DNA of 64,000 bases from Octopus bimaculoides (lineage: Eukaryota): assembly GCF_001194135.2 (NCBI RefSeq), contig NC_068985.1, forward strand, positions 95,814,330-95,878,329. The letters run 5' to 3'. The notes beneath the pieces are model-generated. The model was not told the origin of the DNA, did not search any database, and saw only the letters and a program-made list of their open reading frames with translations. Positions 1 to 12,468 of the stretch are shown in pieces. Each line of letters opens with the position of its first letter. The first letter of the stretch is position 1. Position numbers and translations under genes: made by a program.

Positions 1-447
1 AACCTAGTCAGAAATTGTATCACACATTTTACAAAAAAAAGGGGGGGGGGCAATCTAAAAGCATTGTTGCAGCCTCTTTTTTTTTTTCTTTTAACAAGAA
101 TTTTTGTTTTTTTTTTTCTTTTTCATAAAATGAAATAAGTCAATAGTAATTCTGAAAACCACTTTTCACTAACGACTTTATGGTTGTCAAGAGAAATCAA
201 TAATTGCGATTGACAAAAATAATAACATAAAAATAATTCAATCTCAGATGAATGGGCAAGGGGCAGGCGGGAGATTTTAGAAAAATCAATAAATCTGTGA
301 AATACTTACTCGTATCAATTTGAATAAATACTAATGTGACACACAAACTTATATATGTGCAGTGACACCAGCATATGTTAGACACACCCATCTGTGCATG
401 CCCCCACTGCATGCTATGGACTCCCTCCCCTTCCATATGTGGACACC

Positions 448-640
448 ACATGGCTTAGTAGTTAGCATATTTGGTTCACAATCATAGGGTCACGAGTTCA
501 ATTCCAGGTGGCATGTGACCTTGAGAAAGATATTTAATATCATGTTGCTCCAATCCAGTCATTGGGTACAAACGAGTAGCAACTGTATTTCAAAGGGCCA
601 ATATACCCATCATGACTACTCTGTTAAGGGTACACCAGGC
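448..640 (+). mobile_element. tRNA-derived SINE family D, degenerate (other copies 10615-10790 +, 17395-17690 +, 54405-54780 -, 55905-55970 +)
   Basis: A-box-like ggcttagtagttagc and B-box-like gagttcaattcc. The shared body gttgctccagtccactcagc...tgtatttcaaagggcca recurs across copies. Confidence 0.7.
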
Positions 641-649
641 ATATGAATC

Positions 650-1092
650 ACAACCATATGTACGCAACATGGTGATCTCATATCAAGATAAACAGTGCAT
701 GACCTTGGAGGTGGGTCCTAGTTAGAATTTTCTTCAGGTCGAGTAACCCATCCCAATCAAAAAAGATCCCTGAATAAGGGTTACCTAAGGATGTTGGACA
801 AAACGTCCACGTTTCCAGAGGTGAATTATCCAAACTCCAAAGAATTCCTTTCAACACATGTCTATGATGCTCCCCCACTACTTCTGCTCGTGATCAGAGA
901 TGCACATATCAGCCACCAAGGGACATGCTCAACTGGTTAAGGTCAAACAACTGACAAGCAAATCTGGGGTATTGAGCAGAATATTTGCTGTAGGCCATCT
1001 TTTATACCAAGACAAAACAACGTACATGATAACACTTCCAATCAATTAAGATCAGAAGCCATGAAAGCCACTGCCTGGTACTGCACCAGGGC
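650..1092. mobile_element. Probable interspersed repeat, unclassified
   Basis: GC-richer island next to an (ATT)n run; resembles a common octopus repeat from memory. Single copy in this window. Confidence 0.35.
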
Positions 1093-1100
1093 ATAGCAAA

Positions 1101-1136
<36 letters not shown>
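1101..1136 (+). repeat. (ATT)n microsatellite
   Basis: Directly visible. Confidence 0.95.
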
Positions 1137-1340
1137 GGCAACCTTCAAGACATTATTATTTTGTTTTTAAATTATTATTAATATTATTATTTAGAAGCCT
1201 TCAAATTGTTTTGTAATTACCAAATACCTTAATTAACCCTTTCTCTTGAGGGCCAAACTATACCCACTTTTATTCAGTGAACACACTGGATTGTTTGTTG
1301 AGAAATGTCTAGTTGCAGACTATATAAAAAAAAAACTCAC

Positions 1341-1430
1341 ACAGGGTCACATTGACATAGTACAAAGAAATTATTTGTTTTGTTGCATCGAAAACATACA
1401 GTAACCATGTAACGAAGAAAATGAAGAGAT
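1341..1430 (-). other. Candidate 90-nt internal exon (phase 1-1 frame: DLFIFFVTWLLYVFDATKQIISLYYVNVTL)
   Basis: Acceptor gatttatgttttcag| and donor |gtgagt. Open in two frames; the phase-1 frame is hydrophobic. No family recognised. Confidence 0.3.
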
Positions 1431-2679
1431 CTGAAAACATAAATCAAATCAGATGTAGTTTCTAATTAGTTAACGAGGAAAATATAACAGACTAATATAA
1501 ATTAATTGGCTTCAATTTTATTAATTTTTGCTTCTTTCTAGCTGTGTCTTGAAGAGAGGACAGTGCCAATGGTCCTCGCAGACCTTTCAAGATCAGTGGA
1601 CTCAACCATCCAGTTTTTCTGCCCATTATTCCTAGAAATGGACATAGGACCTCATGGAGCGGGTAGACACCTCCTATCAGGAGCAATCGTCATGCTTTCC
1701 GATTGGATTTCGTTGTCTGCCTTTCATATCATACTGTCATAAAAAAGGATTGATTCATTTTATGTTACATCCGAANNNNNNNNNNNNNNNNNNNNNNNNN
1801 NNNNNNNNNNNNNNNNNNNNNNNNNNNNNNNNNNNNNNNNNNNNNNNNNNNNNNNNNNNNNNNNNNNNNNNNNNNNNNNNNNNNNNNNNNNNNNNNNNNN
1901 NNNNNNNNNNNNNNNNNNNNNNNNNNNNNNNNNNNNNNNNNNNNNNNNNNNNNNNNNNNNNNNNNNNNNNNNNNNNNNNNNNNNNNNNNNNNNNNNNNNN
2001 NNNNNNNNNNNNNNNNNNNNNNNNNNNNNNNNNNNNNNNNNNNNNNNNNNNNNNNNNNNNNNNNNNNNNNNNNNNNNNNNNNNNNNNNNNNNNNNNNNNN
2101 NNNNNNNNNNNNNNNNNNNNNNNNNNNNNNNNNNNNNNNNNNNNNNNNNNNNNNNNNNNNNNNNNNNNNNNNNNNNNNNNNNNNNNNNNNNNNNNNNNNN
2201 NNNNNNNNNNNNNNNNNNNNNNNNNNNNNNNNNNNNNNNNNNNNNNNNNNNNNNNNNNNNNNNNNNNNNNNNNNNNNNNNNNNNNNNNNNNNNNNNNNNN
2301 NNNNNNNNNNNNNNNNNNNNNNNNNNNNNNNNNNNNNNNNNNNNNNNNNNNNNNNNNNNNNNNNNNNNNNNNNNNNNNNNNNNNNNNNNNNNNNNNNNNN
2401 NNNNNNNNNNNNNNNNNNNNNNNNNNNNNNNNNNNNNNNNNNNNNNNNNNNNNNNNNNNNNNNNNNNNNNNNNNNNNNNNNNNNNNNNNNNNNNNNNNNN
2501 NNNNNNNNNNNNNNNNNNNNNNNNNNNNNNNNNNNNNNNNNNNNNNNNNNNNNNNNNNNNAAGCTACGGGTGCCTGAACAACTTTAAATAATAATAAAAG
2601 AAAGAATTTTTCAGACTATTAATATCTTTAGAGTTAAAACTTTTTTTTTTTCTTTTCACAATCTTTACATCTAATAGGT

Positions 2680-3255
2680 GTAGGTGTGATTATCAAGCTT
2701 TCATCCTAACCACATGGTTCTGGGTTCAGTGCTACTCTGTGGCACTTTGGACAAATCTGTCTCTTTTACTTTAGTCATGGGCAAACCAAAGGAGAGTGGA
2801 TTTGGTAGATGAAAACTGAAAAAAGTCTGTTGCATAACATTGTCATTTAACATCCGTTTTCCACACTGGTAAGGGTTGGACAGAAGCTGGCAAGGCCAGG
2901 AGCCACACCAAGTTTCATAGTCTGTTTTGGCAGGATTTCTACAGCTGGATGCCCTTCCTAATCCCATCCACTATACAGAGTGTACTGGGTGCTTTTTATA
3001 TGGCTCCAGCACTGTGTGTGTGTGTTGACATTGTTAAGTAGCTGAAAATGAGTATCACTGCCATACAAGCAGTTCCTTTCAGTTCCAATTATCTGCAAAA
3101 GCATGTCTGGCCATGGGGAAATATTACTTTGCTTTTGCAAAGCAGGTGAGGGTTGGTAACAGGAAAGGCATCAGTTCATTGAAAATCTGCTTCAATAAAT
3201 CTGTCCGACTTAGACAAGCATGGAAAAGCAGACGTTAGAATGATGACGACGATGA
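2680..3255. mobile_element. SINE cluster: family A head (+), family C tail (-), and a C-type tail ending in (GAT)n (+)
   Basis: Matches the recurring motifs ggttctgggttcagt, ctacagctggatgcccttcc and gcatggaaaagcagacgtt...gatgac. Confidence 0.75.
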
Positions 3256-3444
3256 CGGCTTCTTTCTGACTGGAGATCAAACTGATTAAAATGAAATGTC
3301 GAAGTAAATGTTGTAAAGATGTTTATGTAAAAATGTTTATCTCTCAAGATGGAGGTTAACGATCTGAACAATTATAATCTTAATAATAGCCTTTCACACA
3401 CTTTAGACAATATAAGAAATATATCACTGGTTTCATTTAGAAGC

Positions 3445-3723
3445 AATTCTCTGACAACCATATTTCTTATGAAATACTCTGTGATTAAATTAATTTTGAA
3501 AATAATCAATAAATTCGGAGGAAATTAGTAAATGTAAATGACTAGAAGATGTAAATGAATAACTCGTTGAATATAAAGATGGTGTTTGGAACATAGCTTA
3601 AGAGATTATTACATAAAATTATAATGGGAGATTTTGTATTCAAATATGAATATTTTAAAATGGGAAATTTTGTATCACAGAAACAGAGACAGTCTCAGAT
3701 GAGTTGGTTATCAAAAGAGGTAA
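3445..3723 (+). mobile_element. Degenerate copy of TTAA-type (piggyBac-like) MITE family E1 (also 34929-35165 -, about 36750-37015, 37180-37270, 49120-49170)
   Basis: Internal gtgtttggaacata and end ggttatcaaaagaggtaaa match the intact copy at 48870-49092. Confidence 0.55.
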
Positions 3724-4245
3724 ATAGCAGAAAAACAAAAAAAAAATAAAACAGTATTTTAAATCATCTTTTGTAAAGTGGTTTTACTTTTACTAGGAAA
3801 TATTGAATTTATAAAATATTATTAGATGGATTATATATTCATATATTTTTTTATTTTCTTGTGAAAAAAAGAAGTCTTTAATTTTCAGGAAATTTAACGA
3901 TAATATCAATATGTTAGAATATAAGCTAGAGTAATCACATCCTCCAAAGGGCTTTTCGTTCACCAATAAAGTGTGCATTGACGCAGAGTATTCTGTGTTT
4001 CCTCACCAAACACTACTACAACAGCCAATGCTCTTCCAGACTAGTTTGCTACTAACTCTCTCTCTCTCTCTCTCTCTGTCCAAAGCCATCTGTCTCCCAT
4101 CATTTTTACTCCGTTTGCTATACTCCTCAGATAACCTCCTGATCTTCCTTTGCAAGACTGCTCCCCCATCACACAAATCAACAAATATTCAAGCTGAACA
4201 TTAACCTAATCAATAAATGTTATATTTGAGAGAGTAATCTGAATG

Positions 4246-4650
4246 CGAAAACGTTTAAGGCCCCACATTTCCATGCTTGCATGGGTCAGGTGGAATTTGT
4301 TGGGGCAGATTTTCCACAACCAGATGCCCTTCCTGTTGCCAATTCTCACCTGTTTCCAAGTAAAGTGTTACTCCCCTCCCCCCAATGGCCTGACAGATTT
4401 TCCACAAAAGACTGGAAATGAACAACACTGCTTGTACACAGGTGGTATTTGTTTACAACCACCACCACATGATGTCAACAACAAAGGTGCGTGTACACAC
4501 ACAAACACACACACAATGGGCATCTTTCAGTGTCTGTCTATTAAACCCACAAGGCTTTGCTAGGCTTGGGTCGAAAGAAAGACACTTGTCCAAGGTACCA
4601 TGCAGTGGGACTGAACCCGAGACCATACAATTGGGAAGCAAGCTTCTCAC
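4246..4650 (-). mobile_element. Composite SINE: family A head plus C-type tail (also 9150-9530, 11090-11500, 14985-15285, 47975-48330 on -; 52575-52960 on +)
   Basis: CORE-like ccttggacaagtgtc head joined to aaacaggtgaga...ggaagggcatc...gcatggaaa tail. Confidence 0.75.
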
Positions 4651-7039
4651 TGTTGAAAAGCAAGCCTGCACCTTATATAATATAAACAACACACCTATCC
4701 ACAAATGTCATTGTCCATTTTTTTTGTTTTCATTAGGGACCCCCCACCCCTGTTCTGTCCCCACCACTTCACATAACATGACATTATATAAGTCATTAAT
4801 CATCATCTCCACGACTATATTTACTATATAATTGCCCCATTGTCTCCAAACCCCATCTCACATTCACACAGCATTACATCGCACGACATTCCAGCCCTAA
4901 ATAATATCTAAGTCACCTTATTAAGTCCACTGAAGTTTCCCCACCCATTAAACAACCTAATTGTCTACATATACGATTCAGCCTAATCTGCCCCCACCAC
5001 TCCTCTCTCTCTCTCCCACACATACCACCCTTATTAAGCTATATCTGTTGAACTGTCCACTCTCCTGAACTGTGTGGTGCAGATATTTTTCTGTATAAAA
5101 CACACACCCACTGGGTGATATTAAAGACACATAAACATGCGTACCAGCAGATGTCTCGACATTTTCAAGTGGAGTACAGGAAGAGAAATGAAAATAGTAA
5201 TCACTGGAAGGATTCCAAAGTAATTTAGACTGAAGCAATTAATGTCCTGGTATTTACTGTTTCTACCGATGAGTCACACATCTGTCTTCTGGCAGCCACT
5301 ACTTAGAAAGGGATGACATCAATAATGGTAATATCCACATGCATATAATGCCAAGTTCCAGAAATCTCAACCAAAATATTTATACAGAAATAGCATCCAA
5401 GAAAATAGGTGTTAAATAAAACAAAGAAAAACTACATTTTATCAACAATGAGTGTAGGTTTGTGGCATAATTGTGGTTTGAAGTTTGGTCCTACTTCACA
5501 GAACGTTGGCTCAATGTTTTCTGCGATTATCTTGGGTTGTCTGCTGCTATGACCATCACCATTGCTACCACCACGATCCTCATCATCATCAGCTGCCGTT
5601 TTCTTCTTCGGATTCAGTTTCTCATGCTTGCTTCAGCCAGATGGAGTTCATTGACACAGATTTTCTACAGCTGGATGCCCTTCCTATCACCAACCCTCGC
5701 CTGTTTCCAAACAAGATGATACTTTCCTATTGATGAACATGTTTACACAGAAGACTGGACACAAAGGACACCACTTGTATGACAGGGACACTCGTTTACA
5801 GCTATTTAACAAGAGAAAGGAAGACACACACACACATAATGGTTCGTTCTCATTTACCAAATCTCCCAGACCGGGCAGAGTAATTACTGGCATTTCTTCT
5901 GACCCTCTATATCTGGGTAAAAAATCCCAAGTTCAAAGTTACTAAGGTTGACTTTGCCTTTCCTCCTTTCCAGTTGTGTACTGGAATTGATGTAATCAAC
6001 TTCTCCTCCCACCCGCCTCCCCTCAAAATTACTGGCCTTGTGCCAAAATTAGAAAGGATTATTTTTATTATAATTTAAAAGTCTTATTCTGTGAGAAAAA
6101 ATGAGATAGAAGATAACAGAAGATAAATATCATTGCCAAGGCAGAGCCAACTTGGAATCTATCATCCAACAAGTTTGGATGTAATAAACCAATGGAAATA
6201 GCATCATCAGAATGTCAAGTTTGAAGCAACCAACATAACACTACTTGCCACTACAAGACTGCACTGCAGCAAAAGAATTCAGGAAGGATGCAGACAAGTT
6301 GGTCAATAAATCACTCTGCCAGTATCGATTGTCTTGTATTAATGGTCTTCGCACAATATTTTTTCTTTGAAAGCTGAACATTGTTTTTATTTGTTTATAT
6401 TTCTCATCGTTCATAGATTTAATAATTTCAGTTTGGAAATATAATTCAACCATAATAGACTTTAAAAACTGTAAAGTCTGGCAGCAATACAACACAGCAA
6501 TTCTGCTATGTAGACCGATTTTGGGAAGAAGACTTTGAATCTCTGGTGTCTTAAGATTTGATTTAGAATGAATTTCATAAAAATTTATTGATCTGTGTTT
6601 GCAAGAATTTGCAGAAGTTGCAACAGACTGGAATTAGTTACTAAAACTTTGTAACCTCATATCTGATTTTGCAGTTTATCAAGTTTCATGGTAGCTACCA
6701 ACCTAAACAAACATATCTAGAATTGCATAAATAATTTTGTAGTTGATCAAAGTGTTAGAACTGCTGAGAGAGAAGCCTTTGTAATTTTAACAATTGATTT
6801 GGTTTTTCTATTCAACAGCTTCCGTTCTTTGCTAACACCAAAATGCCACCCACTCCTTACATACACAATGAAATATTCCAGCATATAGAATACAGCACAT
6901 TTCTTGGCAAAACTGAAATTTGGATACATTGATAGATTATGCCTTTTCGCATATCATTTCCACTGCTAGCACCATATGTGTATATTTGTGTTTTTAGATC
7001 AAGTTTTATTTATATATATATATATATATATATTTTATT

Positions 7040-7400
7040 TTAATCTTTTGCGTGTTTCAATCATTAGAGTACAGCCACACAAAAGCATCACCTTGAAAAA
7101 TTTTAGTTGAATGAATCAACCTCAGGACTCATTTTTGTAAGCCTGGTACTTATTCCATCGGTCTCTTTTGCTGGACTGCTAAGTTACAGAGATGTAAACA
7201 CACCAACATCAGCTGTCAACCGATACATTATACACATATACATAGCTAAGATAAGCTTCTTTCAGTTTCCATCCACCAAATCCACTCTAACAAGGTTTTG
7301 GTTGGCCTGAGGCTGTAGAAGACACCTGCCTAAGGTGTCACACAGTGGGAGTGAACCCAAAACCATATGGCTAGGAAGCAAACTTCTTCCCACACAGCCA
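7040..7400 (-). mobile_element. Family A CORE-type SINE
   Basis: Collinear with the full-length copy at 15918-16295. Confidence 0.8.
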
Positions 7401-7999
7401 GGTCTTTAACATTAAGCTGAAGAATTACTCAATACTTTTTAGTAGAGTCCATGTTTATTAAATTTTAGCAGGCAGAGGAATGATAGCGACTTTGAAGTTT
7501 TCAGCCTTCTAGTCTTTGCTTTAAACTATATATCAGAAAACTATGAAATATTCTTCCTACATTCCATATGTTTGGAATCAAATTTCCTTAATGATGCTTT
7601 TGTCATCAGTATGGTATTAAACAAAGAAATTTTAATGTACCATCTGTGAATTATGAATCATTCAACAGGTTGCAGAATCGATTATTATTCAAAAAAAATT
7701 CTAAAAACTGCAAAATTTTTGTTCTTAAAACTTTGCATTAGCACTGTACAAATACAATGTCAAATGGAGCCATTTAGGTTTTTGCAATAATAAAAGAATG
7801 ATAATAATGATGATGATGATATTTTAATGCAGAGAGCATTAAAAATAACTTAATTATGTTTATTTAACCAACTTCTGTCATACCTGGCATTCAAATTCCA
7901 TATTAACACAAATAAAACTTTATTGTTTCAGCCAATGCAAATAATACTAAACACTTTCTCAATCTATAAATTCCTAAACCAGTCTATCAAATCAATATT

Positions 8000-8442
8000 C
8001 TTTTCTACTCTAAGCACAAAGCCCAAGACATTTGGGGAGGGAGCCAGTTGATTAGATCGACCCCAATACACAACTGATACTTAATTTATCGACCCCAAAA
8101 GGATGAGAGGCAAAGTCGACCTTGACGGAATTTGAACTCAGAACATAAAGACAGAAGAAATACCGCTAAGCACTTTGCCCAGTGTGCCAATGTTTCTACT
8201 AGCTCGCCACTTTCTATCAAATTAATATTCTTTTCTACTCTAGGCACAAGGCTTGAAATTTTTGAGAAGGAGGCCAGTCAATTAGATCGACCTCAGTACA
8301 CAACTGGTACTTAATTTATCAACCCCGAAAGGATGAAAGGCAAAGTCGACCTCGGCAGAATTTGAACTCAGAACATAAAGACAGACGAAATACCGCTAAG
8401 CATTTCACCCAGCATGCTAACAATTCTGCCAGCTCGCCACCT
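8000..8442 (-). mobile_element. Two head-to-tail family B SINEs (8000-8212, 8230-8442)
   Basis: Each has the ggcgagctggcagaa head, B-box gagttcaaattcc and a CCTTTCATCCTTTCGGGGTCGATAAATTAAGTACCAG block. They are separated and flanked by three copies of tctatcaaattaatatt. Confidence 0.9.
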
Positions 8443-9838
8443 TCTATGAAATTAATATTGCATATCTAATGTATTGTACTCCATTAGTTCCTCTCACATC
8501 ACCAATCAAATCTTTTGCAGTTTCTGCACTGGTTTTTCTCTTCTATAAAGCATTCAACTGATATGAATAATAATTAGTTTGGTGAGGTTAACTTTGAGTG
8601 AAGAAACAAGCAACACTTGGTTTGATACTTTTTAATCACCTCTGAAAGGGTTAAAGGCAAAACTAGCTTCACCGGTATTTGAACTCAGAGGACTAAACAC
8701 TTGGAAGAAACACTGCAAGAACTAGGTTTTTATGTTTACGTGAATAATGGTAACAACAGTGAGCAGTGAAATTTCTCAAAGATTATTTAGACACCTTGAA
8801 AAACACTTCCTTTGATGAAAGTATTTTCTAAACAAATGGATGTATAAATAAAAGGAAGAATGAGACGATAGCAAAAATAGGGGTAGCTTCACCTCGCACA
8901 ATTACATATAAATATGTTTGTTCACATGTTAGCTGAACAGGATTACATTTCCAGAAAAAACAGTTCTGTTCAATTGGCCTTTCGGTTGATTCAAAAGTTT
9001 AAAAAAAAAAAAACCCTGTTTACCTCACACATGAATAAATATATCAGACTCTATACATTACTAACACATGGNNNNNNNNNNATTTACAACTATCTCATGA
9101 TGTCAAGACAAGGAGAAACAAACACACAGTTACACATACACATACAATTATCATTTTAAAGTCCACTTTTCTACGCTAGCATTGGTTGGACAGATTTTGC
9201 TGAGGCAAATTTCCAGCAGCTGGGTGCCCTTCCTGCTATCAACTCAAATATTTCAAAGCAAGGTAATATTTTCCAATGACCAGACATGTTTTTACAGAAT
9301 ACTGGAAACAAATGACACTGCTTGTATAACAGTGACACTCATTTACAACTATCTCATGATGTCAAGACAAGGAGAAACAAACACACATATACTAGGGGCT
9401 TCTTTCAACTTCCGTCTACCAAGCTCAGGGATATAGCAGATGATACTTGCTCAAGGTGCTACACAGTGGGACTGAACCTGACACCATGTCATTGGAAAAC
9501 AAACCTCTTAACAGCACCTCCATGCCAAGCATGAACGTTTGTAACAAAACTTTACATCAACTGTGTGGCACTGACAGTTGCTTTGACAATGAATTAAATA
9601 TGAAATAAATGAAAACTAATTAGAAAACCAATTAGCAACAACTCTACAGAAATCTATTTGAAATGTGAACCTACCAAAGTAAAACAAAAAAGATTTTAAC
9701 TCCAAAGACATGCCCAGTGAGATACCACACAGTTGATGTAAAATCATTAAAATCTAGAGTACCCAAAGAGGTAGTTAGAGGCCTATATATTTTTTGAGGT
9801 TTCTTGTAAAATTCAAGGAATTTATGCCTCAACAGTTA

Positions 9839-10037
9839 TGAGGGAGTGCTGAAAAATTCCTGGCTTTGGGTAAAAGAAAATACAAGAGAATCAGAGAATT
9901 ATGATTTTATTCAACATATTCCCTTCTCAAATTCACATACTTAATGAAACAGCCCTTCGAGGTTTTTTTAAGCCCTGTTAAAGAACCAGTTGTTTCGCAA
10001 TACTCTTAAAGCCAGAAACTGTCCAGCAACCCCCTTG
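9839..10037. mobile_element. Mariner-type MITE (199 bp)
   Basis: TA flanks at 9837-38 and 10038-39. TIRs tgagggagtgctgaaaaattcctggcttt / aaagccagaaactgtccagcaacccccttg. Confidence 0.8.
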
Positions 10038-12119
10038 TATATATATATACCTTCAATTATAATTAACAGTTTGGTACAAGAGCAAATGATTTTTCAACAC
10101 TATTTGATTTGCAATAAAGTATTGGGATCAAATGTAGATTCTTTGTCAATATAATTAAACAAATGCCTCTTGTTACCATCATAATGAATGATATTCGTTA
10201 GAGTTCAATTAATGATTTAATTATCAGATTACATAGTGTGTGTGTGTGTGTGTGTGTGCAACATCATAAATATCCATCAGAGCATGAATCTAATTGAATC
10301 TAGCAATAATAATACCACTCACTACATGGATGACGACAACAACAACAAAAGCCTTCAGCTGTTGCACGCTTATGGGCTAGGTTTTACAAACAAATGGCTT
10401 TTGTTTGCTTGACGATTTAAAGATAATTACTTGTCAAATAGTTTTATATCCAGATTACACAGTTGTTTTGACAATGAATTAAATATGAAGCAAATAAATG
10501 AAAATTAATTAGAAAATCAATTAGCAACGAGTGTGTATAAATCTATCTGAAATATGTATCTATCAAGAGGTAAAAAAAAAATTGGATTTTAGCTCCAATG
10601 TTATATCCAGTGAAGGTAAGTGGCCTGGTGTAGCACTCATGACTGCAAAATCATGGTTTCAATTCCCAGGCTAGGCAGTGCAGTGTTGTTGAGCAAAACA
10701 TCTTCATTCCAGTTGCTCAAGTCCACTCAGCAGTATATGAGTTCCAACAATAGTTGGGAAGTTAACATGTAATAGACCAGTGTCCCATTCAGGGGTGAGT
10801 GTTCTAAGCTCTGGCCCTATGAGCCTTAAGCCTCATGATAGAGCTAACCTTTGTATTCCAAGTTCAAATCATACCTTAGCCTGCTTGGGCAGAAGGCTTA
10901 ACCTCTTTTCCAGTTTAATATTACCACCAGGCACCTTGGATGCCTTTAGCAAAATCTACCCAGTTGCAAGCATTTGGGCTAGGGTTCTAGCTTGAGGAGA
11001 TCTTCCCTATTCCCACTAGTCTCAGGGACCCAGTAATGGACTATGGGCACTGCCTACCCACCTACCAAAAAAGAAAAAAAAACATAAATTTCATCATCGC
11101 TTAACATCCACTCTCCCTTGCTTGCATGGATCAGATGGAATTTGTTGAAGCAGATTTTCTATAGTTAGGTGCTCTTGTTGTTGCCAACCCTCACCTGTTT
11201 CCAAGTAAGGAATATTACCCCCATGGCTGGGCAGGTTTTCATGGAACACAGGAAATGAGCCCCCCCCCCTGCCACTTATATGACTGATGCTCATCTACAA
11301 CCATTATGTGATGTCAAGAGAAGTGCCCCCACACAAACTTACACAATGCTGGGCTTCTTTCAGTTTCTGTCTCCTAAATCCACTCACAAAGCTTTGATCA
11401 AACCACATCTTTAGTAGAAAACACTTGTCCAAGGTGCTGCAGAGTGGGACTGAACCCAAGACCTCATAGCTGGGAAGGAAGCTTAACCACACAGCCATGT
11501 CTATGCCTTAATATGTATTTCATCCCAGTTTCCTATGGAACCCTATCCAACAAATTCAACTTCTTCCACATTTTCCACTGTTCAGGAGACATTTACTTTA
11601 GGTCAATATGACTCAGTATATAATTGCTCACCAGTGAAAAGATATTCAGTATTGACATCATTGTACAATTGTAAAATATTTAATCATCAGTGTGTGTGTG
11701 TGTGTGTAAGATAAGAAAAGAATACTTTAGAAATATGTAAGTGAACCGATCCGCCCAATGTGTTTTCTTTGTTTCTTCTTCCTCCACTCTGTTATGTTAC
11801 ACCTTCCCAAAATGCCTCACCAAACACTTGAATGAAGTCTTTCTTCTCAGAATTACTGACTAACCTGGTTGAATTTCACAAATTTTCATTGAAATGTTGA
11901 CCAATGTAAATATGTTAAAACAAACAAGGCTAACACGAAAATAGATTGAGAGGGACTCCAATGTCCTCACCTATACATAAAAATGTCCTCGCCTATACAT
12001 AAAATAAATCAAGATTCACAATTACAAAAGCATTTTTCAAATTTCTGAAAACTTGTTCTGCCTTCCTGAGCTAGTTTTCCACCACATTTCTTAAAAATCA
12101 TGGTGAAGGCCTTGGTCTC

Positions 12120-12350
12120 AGGACCACTCATGTCTAGAAACTGAGGTTGGGGGTAAGCAAGGGCATGCTCCACATAGAAAATCCAGCTCCAAAAAAAAAC
12201 CCTTGTGATAGCAAAGGAGAATGGACACCAGTCAAACCAAAGGTTGGGGTGGGCTGCACCTGCGTACCTTGGTTGCTATGGCATTGAGGTAGATCTGGCC
12301 ACCCCTATTAATGGGGACAAGACCCAGATTTAAAACACTTGATGATGATG
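12120..12350 (+). mobile_element. Non-LTR (RTE-like) 3' end or SINE tail ending in (GAT)n
   Basis: Terminal hairpin cccctattaatgggg followed by gatgatgatgatg. Confidence 0.5.
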
Positions 12351-12427
12351 ATGTCATTAAAGAACGTACATTCTTGTATATTTACCCACTCTTGCATCAC
12401 TACACTACTTTGACAAATACAGTAAAG

Positions 12428-12468
12428 TCTCTTTCTGATGAGGCTATAAGACTGAAACAGGTACAGAG
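12428..12468 (+). ncRNA. Decayed hammerhead-like motif
   Basis: ctcttt CTGATGA ggctataagact GAAA caggta cagag. ACAGGT is one change from the palindrome ACCGGT. Stems are imperfect. Confidence 0.35.

Noticed and set aside
1540-1743. Plus-strand acceptor-like site (tttttgcttctttctag) followed by about 66 open codons
   Set aside because: No recognisable motif, no partner exons on +, and it ends beside a gap.
1654-2577. Long ORFs at 1654, 26619, 26674, 45291-45915, 51678-52199 and 53252-53686
   Set aside because: They are open only because they run through N gaps.
6100-6950. Non-repetitive stretch with short ORFs, tested for the remaining claudin exons (TM2-TM4)
   Set aside because: No frame gave TM segments with consistent splice sites.
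9082-9130. Exact duplicate of 9343-9385
   Set aside because: It abuts a short N gap and is most likely a gap-edge assembly artefact.
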